Source of the DNA: an uncultured Desulfobacterales bacterium
GTDB lineage: Bacteria > Desulfobacterota > Dissulfuribacteria > Dissulfuribacterales > QOAL01
Assembly: GCA_964469365.1 (NCBI GenBank)
Contig: CAYXYO010000207.1
Location: 1 to 39,502 of the forward strand
Direction of reading: 5' to 3'
DNA: 39,502 bases
Notes under the pieces: generated by a model
Told to the model about the DNA's origin: nothing
Seen by the model: the letters and a program-made list of their open reading frames with translations, nothing else
The model's database searches: none
Translations under genes and position numbers: made by a program
Part shown: positions 26,100-34,396 of the stretch, piece after piece
Layout of the letters: each line of letters begins with the position of its first letter
How positions within the stretch are numbered: the stretch's first letter is position 1

Positions 26100-26620
26100 C
26101 AGGCGTCCTCTTTTTCTCCAGACCGGGTGAGGGCCTGAAGCATCTCCGCAACTGTTTTGTTGAAAACAGGTACATGCAGATCCGGGGCGAGTTCAGACCA
26201 TGGTTTCAGTACAAAAACACGCTTTGAGATTCCCGGATGGGGCACTGTTATAAGCTCCTTGTTTGTTGAAGGACGCAATTTTGCGTCATATCCTGTTACA
26301 ACACCTTCCATATAAAGGAGATCCATGTCAAGGGGCCTGTCCATGCCCTGCCTTGCCCTGTCACGTCCGGAGTGTGTTTCTATGTCAAGGCATGATTTGA
26401 CCAGGTCATAAACAGAAAGGCTGGTGAGTCCTTCCACCACGCCGTTAATGAACATATGTTCTGAAACCATGCCCTCAGGCTCGGTTTCATGCCATGAAGA
26501 GACCGCTGTAACCCTGAACCCATGTTGCTCATCAAGCAGTTTGACCGCATTTCTGCACAGGGTTTCCCTTTCTCCAAGGTTGCTGCCAATGCCAACAAAG
26601 ACCCTGCGCCATTTATTCAA
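26099..26620 (-). CDS. folK: 2-amino-4-hydroxy-6-hydroxymethyldihydropteridine diphosphokinase (HPPK)
   Basis: VFVGIGSNLGERE, SSWHETEPEG, FINGVVEG, RPLDMDLL and VPHPG blocks. Confidence 0.88.
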   Translation of the reverse strand: MNKWRRVFVGIGSNLGERETLCRNAVKLLDEQHGFRVTAVSSWHETEPEGMVSEHMFINGVVEGLTSLSVYDLVKSCLDIETHSGRDRARQGMDRPLDMDLLYMEGVVTGYDAKLRPSTNKELITVPHPGISKRVFVLKPWSELAPDLHVPVFNKTVAEMLQALTRSGEKEDA

Positions 26621-26638
26621 GTTCAGTCCACCCTGGCG

Positions 26639-27802
26639 TCAGACAACTTTGCGGATTCGTTCCACAGCTTCCTGCAGTCGTTCTTTTGACACTGTAAGGG
26701 CCATCCTCACATATCCCTCGCCAGGGGCGCCGAAACCGTTTCCTGGCGTACAGACGATGCCGGCCTTTTCAAGGAGCAGGGAACTGAAACCGCTGGAATC
26801 GTAATTGTCAGGAACCGGACACCATACATAAAAGGTGGCCTTTGGACTTGGGGCATCAAGGCCTATGTCGCGCAGACCGGCCACGAGCACATCCCTGCGT
26901 TCAGTGTATATTGCCTGCATTTCGCGTACGCATGACTGGTCACTGTCAAGGGCGGTTATGGCAGCCTCCTGCACAGCCTCAAACTGCCCTGAATCGACAT
27001 TTGACTTGACCTGCTTCAGCGCGCCCACAAGTTCCGGGTTGCCCACTGCAAAACCGATTCTCCAGCCTGTCATGTTGTATGTCTTGGAAAGCGAGTGCAT
27101 CTCAAGACCAACATCCCTGGCACCGGCTGTTTCAAGAAAACTTGGAGCACGGTAACCGTCATAGGTCATTTCACTGTATGCCGCGTCATGGCATACGATT
27201 ATGTTGTATTGCCTTGCGAAGTCGATCACCTTTTCAAAAAAACCTTCAGGCGCTATGGCCGCCGTGGGATTGTTGGGGTAGTTGAGCCACATCAGTTTTG
27301 CCCTTTGGCGTATATCCTCGGGGATGGCGTCAAGATCCGGAAGAAAATCATTTTCGCGCAGCAGGGGCATGTAGTGAGTCTCTCCACCACAGAAAAGGGT
27401 TCCGATATGATATACAGGATAACCCGGGTCAGGCACAAGGACCACATCACCCTGTTCAACAAACGCAAGTGGCAGATGCGCGACCCCTTCCTTTGAACCG
27501 ATCATGCAGCAGACTTCGTTGCCTGGGTCAACATCTATGCCGAATCTGTTACCGCACCACCTGGCGGCAGCCTCTTTGAAGGATGCCATGCCGTCAGACG
27601 AGGGATATGAGTGATATCCAGGATTCCTGATGGCCTCAGCCATGCTGTCCACAATAAAGTCCGGTGTGGGCAGGTCAGGGTCGCCTATTCCCAGATTTAT
27701 TACGTCCACTCCCCTAGCCATGACCTCTGCCTTTTTTCTGTCGAGCTCCACGAAAAGATAGGGCGGCAGTTTCTTTATTCTTTCAGCTTTCTGGAAATTC
27801 AT
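26639..27802 (-). CDS. dapL: LL-diaminopimelate aminotransferase-like class I aminotransferase
   Basis: The N-terminus KKLPPYLFVELDRKKAE...GVDVINLGIGDPDLPTP, then NYPNNPT and the PLP lysine block SLSKTYNMTGWRIG. It is clustered with dapA and dapB. I prefer the ATG at 27802. The dapL assignment is supported by context and is not proven. Confidence 0.8.
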   Translation of the reverse strand: MNFQKAERIKKLPPYLFVELDRKKAEVMARGVDVINLGIGDPDLPTPDFIVDSMAEAIRNPGYHSYPSSDGMASFKEAAARWCGNRFGIDVDPGNEVCCMIGSKEGVAHLPLAFVEQGDVVLVPDPGYPVYHIGTLFCGGETHYMPLLRENDFLPDLDAIPEDIRQRAKLMWLNYPNNPTAAIAPEGFFEKVIDFARQYNIIVCHDAAYSEMTYDGYRAPSFLETAGARDVGLEMHSLSKTYNMTGWRIGFAVGNPELVGALKQVKSNVDSGQFEAVQEAAITALDSDQSCVREMQAIYTERRDVLVAGLRDIGLDAPSPKATFYVWCPVPDNYDSSGFSSLLLEKAGIVCTPGNGFGAPGEGYVRMALTVSKERLQEAVERIRKVV

Positions 27803-27818
27803 ATTGTAGATAACCTTA

Positions 27819-28577
27819 TTATATAACAGTATTGACAAGTTCACCTATGCCTTCGATGCTTACAGTTACCTGGTCGCCGTGGTTGAGGCCCCCGACTCCA
27901 GGAGGCGTGCCAGTGGCAATTATATCTCCAGGCACAAGGGTCATAATGCCGGAAATAAAGCTTACCAGGGCCTGTGGCGAATGTATCATGCGGCTGGTGC
28001 GTGACGCCTGTCTCTTCTTTCCATTCACCATGCAGGTTATCGCAAGATCAGAGGGGTCCAGCTCTGTTTCAATCCATGGGCCTGCCGGACAGAATGTATC
28101 AAAGGACTTGGCGCGGGTAAACTGGGTATCCTCTCTCTGGATATCCCTGGCCGTGACGTCATTTATGCATGTGTAGCCGAATATGTATTTGTCAGCATCC
28201 TGCTCGGATACCTGATGGGCCTTTTTGCCGATAACTATGCCGAGTTCCGCCTCATAATCCACCCTGGAACTCTCTTCCGGCAATATTATGGAACTGTTGG
28301 AGCCTATCAGGGCGGATGGGGGTTTCAGAAAGATGAGCGGTTTGTCAGGCTGCTCCATGCCGATTTCTTCCGCATGATCTTTATAGTTAAGGCCAACGGC
28401 AACGATCTTTTCCGGTTCGCATGGCGGCAAAAATTCCACTTCGTCAAAACCGCAGGTTTCAGACGTCGCCACAATCATGCCGTCAAAGGGAGATGCGACA
28501 AGCACCCTGAGATAATCATCTTTTACCATGCCGTACACAGCGCCATGCCCGGATTTCCTGAACCTTGCTATCTGCAT
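27819..28577 (-). CDS. Fumarylacetoacetate hydrolase (FAH) family protein
   Basis: VGLNYKDHAEE, DYEAELGIVIGK, GYTCINDVTARD and PGDIIATGTPPGVG are classic FAH-family blocks. Confidence 0.85.
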   Translation of the reverse strand: MQIARFRKSGHGAVYGMVKDDYLRVLVASPFDGMIVATSETCGFDEVEFLPPCEPEKIVAVGLNYKDHAEEIGMEQPDKPLIFLKPPSALIGSNSSIILPEESSRVDYEAELGIVIGKKAHQVSEQDADKYIFGYTCINDVTARDIQREDTQFTRAKSFDTFCPAGPWIETELDPSDLAITCMVNGKKRQASRTSRMIHSPQALVSFISGIMTLVPGDIIATGTPPGVGGLNHGDQVTVSIEGIGELVNTVI

Positions 28578-28595
28578 TGCGTTATCCTGTCTGAT

Positions 28596-29405
28596 TTATA
28601 CCTTGTTAAGTTCCAGTACATCCAGCATGTTGTAAAAACCAGGCTCCTGGTTCACAATCCACAGCGCAGCGCGTACAGCTCCCTTGGCAAAGGTGTCCCT
28701 GCTTGATGCCTTGTGTACAATCTCTATGCGTTCCCCGATACCGCCGAACATGACAGTATGTTCTCCAACGATATCTCCTGCCCTGACCGTCTGTATGCCT
28801 ATTTCCGTGGATGTGCGTTCCCCGATTATGCCGTTTCGCTCAAATACGCCGTCTTTTTCAAGGGTTCTTCCCACTGCTTCTGCGGCAACCCGGCCAAGTT
28901 GCAGTGCCGTGCCGCTGGGCGCGTCCTTTTTCAGCCTGTGGTGCGCCTCCACGATCTCTATGTCATAATCGTCGCCAAGGGTTCTGGCGGCAGTCTCAAC
29001 CAGCTTGTAAAGGAGATTTACCCCGACACTCATGTTGGGCGCCTGAACAACAGGTATCTTTTCTGAAAGCTCCCTGAGCCTTTCTATCTGTTCGTTACTG
29101 AGGCCCGTTGTGCCGATAACAATGGGAATGCCTGCCTCAGCCGCTGCCTCCGCATGCCTGACAGTCGCTTCATGAAAGGTAAAGTCAATGATTACATTGC
29201 CTTTGCCGATTACCTTGTCTACAGAATCTTCAACAGGCACTCCACGCACATCAGCTCCGGCCACCTCTCCCGCATCCTTTCCAATGCAGGGATTGTCCGG
29301 ATGATCAAATGCCCCTGAAAGTTCCGCGCCTTCAGTTCCGGCAATAATATTAATGATGCGCCCTCCCATTCTTCCACAAGCGCCTGCCACAATTATATTG
29401 ACCAT
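28596..29405 (-). CDS. dapB: 4-hydroxy-tetrahydrodipicolinate reductase
   Basis: VAGACGRMG (NAD site), DFTFHEA, GTTG, EAHHRLKKDAPSGTA and HKASSRD blocks. Confidence 0.92.
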   Translation of the reverse strand: MVNIIVAGACGRMGGRIINIIAGTEGAELSGAFDHPDNPCIGKDAGEVAGADVRGVPVEDSVDKVIGKGNVIIDFTFHEATVRHAEAAAEAGIPIVIGTTGLSNEQIERLRELSEKIPVVQAPNMSVGVNLLYKLVETAARTLGDDYDIEIVEAHHRLKKDAPSGTALQLGRVAAEAVGRTLEKDGVFERNGIIGERTSTEIGIQTVRAGDIVGEHTVMFGGIGERIEIVHKASSRDTFAKGAVRAALWIVNQEPGFYNMLDVLELNKV

Positions 29406-29439
29406 TTATTTCTCCTGTCTCTGTTTCTACAGCCTGCTG

Positions 29440-30354
29440 TTATACCAGGTTCAGCTCCTGCATGACTGAACGGAGTCTTTCCACATTCCTTTCGTTCATA
29501 TCCACAAGCGGCAATCTGACCTCTGGAGAGGGTATTTTCCCCATCATATGCAGCGCTGTCTTTGATGGTACCGGATTGGGATCAAAGAACAGGGCGCCAA
29601 AAAGGGGAAACATCATGTAATGCAGTTCCCTTGCCCTGTTCAGGTCACCGCTGTTCCAGGCGTTCATCATCTCTGCCATCTCGGCAGGCATTACATTGGA
29701 GCAGACCGAAATCACCCCCTTTCCGCCAAGTGCCATTGTTGGAAACGCGGTGGGGTCATCCCCTGACAGGAGGATAAAATCGTCAGGGCATTGTCTTATA
29801 ACATCAGAAATTTGACTGAGACTGCCACAGGCTTCCTTGATGCCTATCACATACTCGTTTTCAGCACATCTTGCCACAGTGTCAGGGAGCATGTTAATAC
29901 CGGTTCTGCCCGGGACATTATAAAGTATCATTGGAAACCTGCATTCGTGGGCAACAGTCATGAAATGCCTGTACAGTCCTTCCTGGCCAGGTTTGTTGTA
30001 ATATGGAGTAATAACCAGGGCGGCGTCAGCGCCGGCCTTCTTTGCGTGGTTGGTAAGCATTATTGTTTCAGCAGTGGAGTTTGAGCCGGTGCCTGCGATG
30101 ACCGGGACCCTGCCTTTTACCGTTTCGATGGTTATCTCCACCACCTTCATGTGCTCTTCATGGCTCAGTGTCGCTGACTCTCCTGTGGTGCCGCACGGAA
30201 CAATGCAATGGGTGCCTGATGTTACCTGCCACTCAACCAGATCTCTCAACGCCTTTTCATCAACGGCGCCATTCTGCATGGGCGTAACAATGGCTACGAT
30301 TGCTCCGCCTATTTTTTTCTCCTTTGTCGCACATCCCTTTTTTGAACAGGACAT
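29440..30354 (-). CDS. dapA: 4-hydroxy-tetrahydrodipicolinate synthase
   Basis: AIVTPM, CGTTGESATLS, ITPYYNKP, YNVPGRTG and IGIKEA (the Schiff-base Lys). I prefer the ATG at 30354, preceded by GGAGGT, over the ORF-track start at 30375. Confidence 0.92.
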   Translation of the reverse strand: MSCSKKGCATKEKKIGGAIVAIVTPMQNGAVDEKALRDLVEWQVTSGTHCIVPCGTTGESATLSHEEHMKVVEITIETVKGRVPVIAGTGSNSTAETIMLTNHAKKAGADAALVITPYYNKPGQEGLYRHFMTVAHECRFPMILYNVPGRTGINMLPDTVARCAENEYVIGIKEACGSLSQISDVIRQCPDDFILLSGDDPTAFPTMALGGKGVISVCSNVMPAEMAEMMNAWNSGDLNRARELHYMMFPLFGALFFDPNPVPSKTALHMMGKIPSPEVRLPLVDMNERNVERLRSVMQELNLV

Positions 30355-30639
30355 TTTAAATACCTCCGGTATCAATGTTTATTCAATAAGTCCCTAATCT
30401 TTCAAGGAACCATTCTCTATTTATGAAAAGCTGTTTGGTATATGTCGAAGACATGATTGATGAGGTGTTCATTATAACCGTTCATGTCCAGCCTAAGCAT
30501 TATTAAAAGTAATATCACATTTCATCAAGAGGGGAAGCAACTTTATTTTTTACTTTGTTATATATTCGGGTATTATCTGCCTGTATTTGGAATGAGTGTT
30601 GCTTGAAAATGGCTTAAAACATGTTAGTAAAGATTGACA

Positions 30640-30776
30640 GGGGGTCTTGCAAGATCGCCTTTTGGATCAATTGCTGCGTCGTTGCTGAAATAGAAATTCT
30701 TTGCATCTGGATGAATATGCTGCGATTTTTAATTTTGTTACTCCATGCGTTGAACCCAAAATGTATTTTTCAAAGT
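30640..30776 (+). repeat. Intergenic imperfect-palindrome repeat, family copy C
   Basis: GGGGGTCTTGCAAGATCGCCTTTTGGATCAATTGCTGCGTCGTTGCTGAAATAGAAAT...CATCTGGATGAATATGCTGCGATTTTT...TTGTTACTCCATGCGTTGAACCCAAAATGTATTTTTCAAAG aligns block-for-block with copy B. The copy ends about 62 nt before the cyclase ATG. Confidence 0.55.
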
Positions 30777-30838
30777 ATTCTATGTGCATTTGAACTTTTG
30801 GATATCAAGCGGGAAGTTTACTGTTGAGGGTTGTAACC

Positions 30839-32722
30839 ATGCGAAAAATATGGCAATTTTGTCTTAATATGTCTATTTACGCAAAGATTACCGCAATTTT
30901 GCTGGTGTGTCTTATAGGGTATGGAATAATAGGCATCAATAACTATCACCTGATAAATGGTCTTATAGATCATCTTGCTGAAACAGACAGGCAGCATGTG
31001 GAATATCAGAAGATCAGCAACTTGCTTATGGAACAGATACATCTGCTTGATTCTAATATTGAAAAATCCTTTCTGCGGATCACAGATGAAAACCGTAGCC
31101 TTTTTGTGGCTGAAGAGCTGTTCGGTGTATTGAGGAGAGAAATTAAGGCCTTTGAACATGGAGAAAAAATTTCTATTCCTTATAATGGGAATAAAACTGT
31201 TGTTCACATACCTTCCTTTTCGGAACTGAATATGAGTCCGGAAGCAGTTTTGCTTGTAAGGCAGGGCCTTCAGAATATTGAAACCGGTCTGAAGGCATTG
31301 CATAGTCAACCAAGCAACAGAAAAGCACCCGGAATATCTGTTAAACAGAGCGATATAGACAAAGCGCTTTCCAAAATCCGCAGGGGTCTCCTTGCCATTT
31401 CAAGGATCGAAACCGCGATTGCGGCATACAGTTCCAGTCAACTTAAGAATAACATTGATCAGGTTATTGCAGTAATGCAGCAATATATTTTGCACATTAA
31501 CATTCTTGTGGCCGGTGTAATTTTTGTTCTTACCCTGGCCAGTTATATATGGGGATGGTTCCTTATCACGCCTGTGCGGCACATGATGAATAGTCTGGAA
31601 GAGATCATATTTGCTGCCAATAATGATGGAGCATGTGGTAATATAAAAGAGATACCAGTGGTGGGACTTGATGAAATCGGCAAGGTTGCCCACCTTACGA
31701 ACATCCTGATTGCCAAGATACGAACCCAGTGTAACTTCAGGCGAACGATAGAGGCGGATGAGACGGCCCATGATATTTATAACCGGCTTGCAGATCTTTT
31801 TATTCAGAAACTGGGACTTCACAGCTTCGTCATATATGAAAACAGGAGCAAAAAGGATTCCCTTGAGCCTGTTTTTGTCTGGCCCCCTGAAATGGAGTCA
31901 GAGTTGCCGGATATACAGCCGACGTCAAGGTGCAGGGCAAAACGTACAGGGGCACTTGTATCCTCCATCGAAAATTCAAAGATTTGTCCCATGTTTCCAT
32001 GGCAGGACGCCATGAGTCATCTTTGCATCCCCATGATGGTAGGTGGAGAAATCCTGGGAGTGGTGCAATTCATGTTTCCATTTGTAAATTGTCTTGAGCG
32101 AGAGAAAAAGATGCGTCAGGCAGTAAAGGAGGCCCAACAGTTTTTACAGGAAGCATTGCCTGTGTTGAAAGCAAAGCGTCTCGCGCAAAACCTGAAGGAA
32201 ATGGCGACAAAGGATCAGCTTACAGGTCTTTTTAACAGGCATTACCTTGAGATATACCTTGACAACATAGTGGCAGGAATAAAACGGCGTAATGCCTGCC
32301 TTGGAATCCTGATGTGCGACCTGGATTATTTCAAGAGAGTTAATGATGAATATGGACATGACGTAGGGGATGTCGTGCTTCAAAAACTGGCGTCTATCCT
32401 GAGGAGTCATGCCAGGGACGCCGACCTGGTAATAAGGTTTGGCGGAGAGGAGTTTCTGCTTATGCTCGTTGACTGTGAACCCGGAGAATCCATGAAGGTG
32501 GCAGAGAGAATACGCAGTGCTGTGGAAGGGACAATAATCAGGTTGCCAGGAATTGAATTTGCAAAGACCATCAGTGTTGGGGTCAGTGAGTTTCCTGTGG
32601 ATGGAACAGCTATCTGGGAGGCCATAAAATATGCTGATGTTGCACTGTATGAGGCCAAATCCAGAGGAAGAAACCTGGTGATAAGGTTCGAAAGAGATAT
32701 GTGGGATGAGAACAGTTATTAG
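30839..32722 (+). CDS. Membrane diguanylate cyclase: extracytoplasmic sensor region, HAMP-like linker, GAF-like domain and GGDEF
   Basis: Two TM segments. The GAF-like region is HSFVIYENRS...MMVGGEILGVVQF. The GGDEF domain shows DQLTGLFNR and DLDYFKRVNDEYGHDVGD, an active GGEEF, and RDAD at the RxxD I-site position 5 residues upstream. I prefer the ATG at 30839, preceded by GAGGG. Confidence 0.88.
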   Translation: MRKIWQFCLNMSIYAKITAILLVCLIGYGIIGINNYHLINGLIDHLAETDRQHVEYQKISNLLMEQIHLLDSNIEKSFLRITDENRSLFVAEELFGVLRREIKAFEHGEKISIPYNGNKTVVHIPSFSELNMSPEAVLLVRQGLQNIETGLKALHSQPSNRKAPGISVKQSDIDKALSKIRRGLLAISRIETAIAAYSSSQLKNNIDQVIAVMQQYILHINILVAGVIFVLTLASYIWGWFLITPVRHMMNSLEEIIFAANNDGACGNIKEIPVVGLDEIGKVAHLTNILIAKIRTQCNFRRTIEADETAHDIYNRLADLFIQKLGLHSFVIYENRSKKDSLEPVFVWPPEMESELPDIQPTSRCRAKRTGALVSSIENSKICPMFPWQDAMSHLCIPMMVGGEILGVVQFMFPFVNCLEREKKMRQAVKEAQQFLQEALPVLKAKRLAQNLKEMATKDQLTGLFNRHYLEIYLDNIVAGIKRRNACLGILMCDLDYFKRVNDEYGHDVGDVVLQKLASILRSHARDADLVIRFGGEEFLLMLVDCEPGESMKVAERIRSAVEGTIIRLPGIEFAKTISVGVSEFPVDGTAIWEAIKYADVALYEAKSRGRNLVIRFERDMWDENSY

Positions 32723-33095
32723 TCCTGTCTGTGCTTACAATCTGTTGAACCTGTTATATATTCAAAAAAGGCAAGGGGAACAATTATTCTGACTTTCTAT
32801 CAATAATTTTCTGACAGTTTTTTTTGCAGAGACGAGATTGCAGTATCCGACATAAAAAAGCGTAAAGGATATTCCAATGCTATAAAAAGTAAAATCAGTA
32901 AGTTGCTTTTAATTGCCAAATGTTTTAATTTTAGCATCTATTTTGCAAGGAAGTAGTTTTGTATTTCTTTAATAAACTTTACAGGAAAAACAATTCAGTT
33001 TTTTTAGGTGATTACCGATTTGTTTTTTAGATACGCTTTATAAATTAATTGCTTGATTAACAACTTCTGGCTTCAAAGTATTCGGGAGGGATATT

Positions 33096-34343
33096 ATGTC
33101 ACATAAATTCTGGAAACCTGTTCTGGCAACCACAGCCATTATTTTCCTGCTTTCATCATGGGGATGCGGGCAGAAAATCAAGAGTTCGGTCAAAACAAAC
33201 GACACGCAGCATGGTCTTGTTGCGTCCGAAGCCCAGATCGTTATGCTGCCCTTTGCAGATTACACTGCGGGCAAAAGACCTGACGATTCCCTTAGGCGTC
33301 AGGTCAAAATACAGAGTGCTTTGGCCCATCATCTTGCGTCTGCCGGCTACTATGTGCCCATGGAAGAGGATACCGTCCAGTATCTTGTTGATCTTGGCGT
33401 GATCTCAATTATAGAGTCGCCTGAAATGAGTTCCGCGCGGTCAAGAAGGACTCTTTCCAGAGAGATGGGAGGGGGTTGGTCAGACAGCATGATGGAAGAA
33501 ATCAACAGGGTTCTTGTTGAAAATGAACTTAACAATGCCTCTGGTGAACATCTGAAATTTAATAAGGTCGGCCTTGATAAAGGCACTATCAAACAGATTG
33601 GGCGTTATTTTAGCGCGGATTATATACTCAGGGGACGTATCGTGGAATATGATCTCAGGGAAGGTCAGGATATCAATCCGGTGCAGCAGGGTATTTTGCC
33701 GTTTTTCTTTGACAGTTCTTCCGGCCTTGTTTTTGGCTTTGCAAAATCAGAAAGTTATGATGTATGGCAGGATGTCGCCATTGGTGGAGCAATCGGGCTT
33801 GCCGCAGGTTCCACAGCAAATACGCCCTTCAATTCACCTTCAAAGTCATCTGCCGTGGTCGGTTCCCATCCAAGGGATATGCGGGTCGTGACAGACACCA
33901 GCGGAGGTTACAGCAGCAGCGCAGGGCTTAATGCGGCTACCTGGGGAGCGGTTGGCGCAGGCGTCGCCTATCTGGCATCAGAGGGAGGATATGTGCCAAA
34001 GGCTGTTGTGCAGTTGAGCGTTGCACTGCAGGATGCCAAAACCGGTCGTGTTGTGTGGGCCAACCGGGTGGAAAAGGAAGTTGAACCCAAAAGCGTATGG
34101 TCAGACCCGACAGACCGTAAAAATATTGACTTGGCAGTGGAGGAGGCAACAAAGGATATTGCAAAGGATCTGATAGCCGCCCTTAACTATGTTGAGACTG
34201 ACGGTTATGCTGGCCAGCCACAGACAACACAGATTTCCGATAACAGTGCAGTAAAATCCACCATGAATAACAGCGCCCCTGTCAGGGAAGACGATGATAT
34301 AATAATTATTGAAGAGTCTGAACCTGAAAATATGGGATCATGA
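33096..34343 (+). CDS. Putative outer-membrane lipoprotein with CsgG/PelC/LpoB-like core and a ~115-aa Gly/Ala/Ser-rich insertion
   Basis: Signal peptide ending LLSSWGC (an atypical lipobox, Cys24). The core resembles the CsgG-type fold pattern: IVMLPFADYT..., SADYILRGRIVEYDL, then a Gly-rich insert, then AVVQLSVALQDAKTGRVVWAN. Acidic tail REDDDIIIIEESEPE. Shine-Dalgarno GGGAGGG. The CDS is secure but the family call is inference. Confidence 0.65.
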   Translation: MSHKFWKPVLATTAIIFLLSSWGCGQKIKSSVKTNDTQHGLVASEAQIVMLPFADYTAGKRPDDSLRRQVKIQSALAHHLASAGYYVPMEEDTVQYLVDLGVISIIESPEMSSARSRRTLSREMGGGWSDSMMEEINRVLVENELNNASGEHLKFNKVGLDKGTIKQIGRYFSADYILRGRIVEYDLREGQDINPVQQGILPFFFDSSSGLVFGFAKSESYDVWQDVAIGGAIGLAAGSTANTPFNSPSKSSAVVGSHPRDMRVVTDTSGGYSSSAGLNAATWGAVGAGVAYLASEGGYVPKAVVQLSVALQDAKTGRVVWANRVEKEVEPKSVWSDPTDRKNIDLAVEEATKDIAKDLIAALNYVETDGYAGQPQTTQISDNSAVKSTMNNSAPVREDDDIIIIEESEPENMGS

Positions 34344-34396
34344 TGTCGGCTTGGGGTCAACAATTTCTAACATGCAACAAACACTGGTGAAGTCTT

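Noticed and set aside
1034-30375. Longer N-terminal extensions given by the ORF track for pyrD, rnhB, the GH57 gene, DUF190, crcB, porA, the GH26-like gene, dapL, dapA, the cyclase and hypA
   Set aside because: The extensions start at GTG or TTG, or lack a Shine-Dalgarno sequence, and often overlap the upstream gene. Internal ATGs with GGAGG-like sites at 5-9 nt, or ATGA stop-start overlaps, fit better and give family-typical N-termini.
30355-30639. Lysine (L-box) riboswitch upstream of dapA
   Set aside because: The minus-strand leader lacks the conserved AGAGGCGC and GGGG/CCCC-type L-box helices. It is mostly AT-rich sequence.
30640-30776. c-di-GMP (GEMM-I/II) riboswitch identity for the repeats preceding the two c-di-GMP genes
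   Set aside because: The GEMM-I hallmark blocks (GCAAA.C...GGGACGCAAAGCC) are absent, and the same element also precedes por and rubrerythrin.
30818-31309. 163-aa minus-strand ORF at the 5' end of the diguanylate cyclase gene
   Set aside because: It lies in an AT-rich region where stop-free antisense frames arise easily. The sense frame continues into clear GAF and GGDEF domains.
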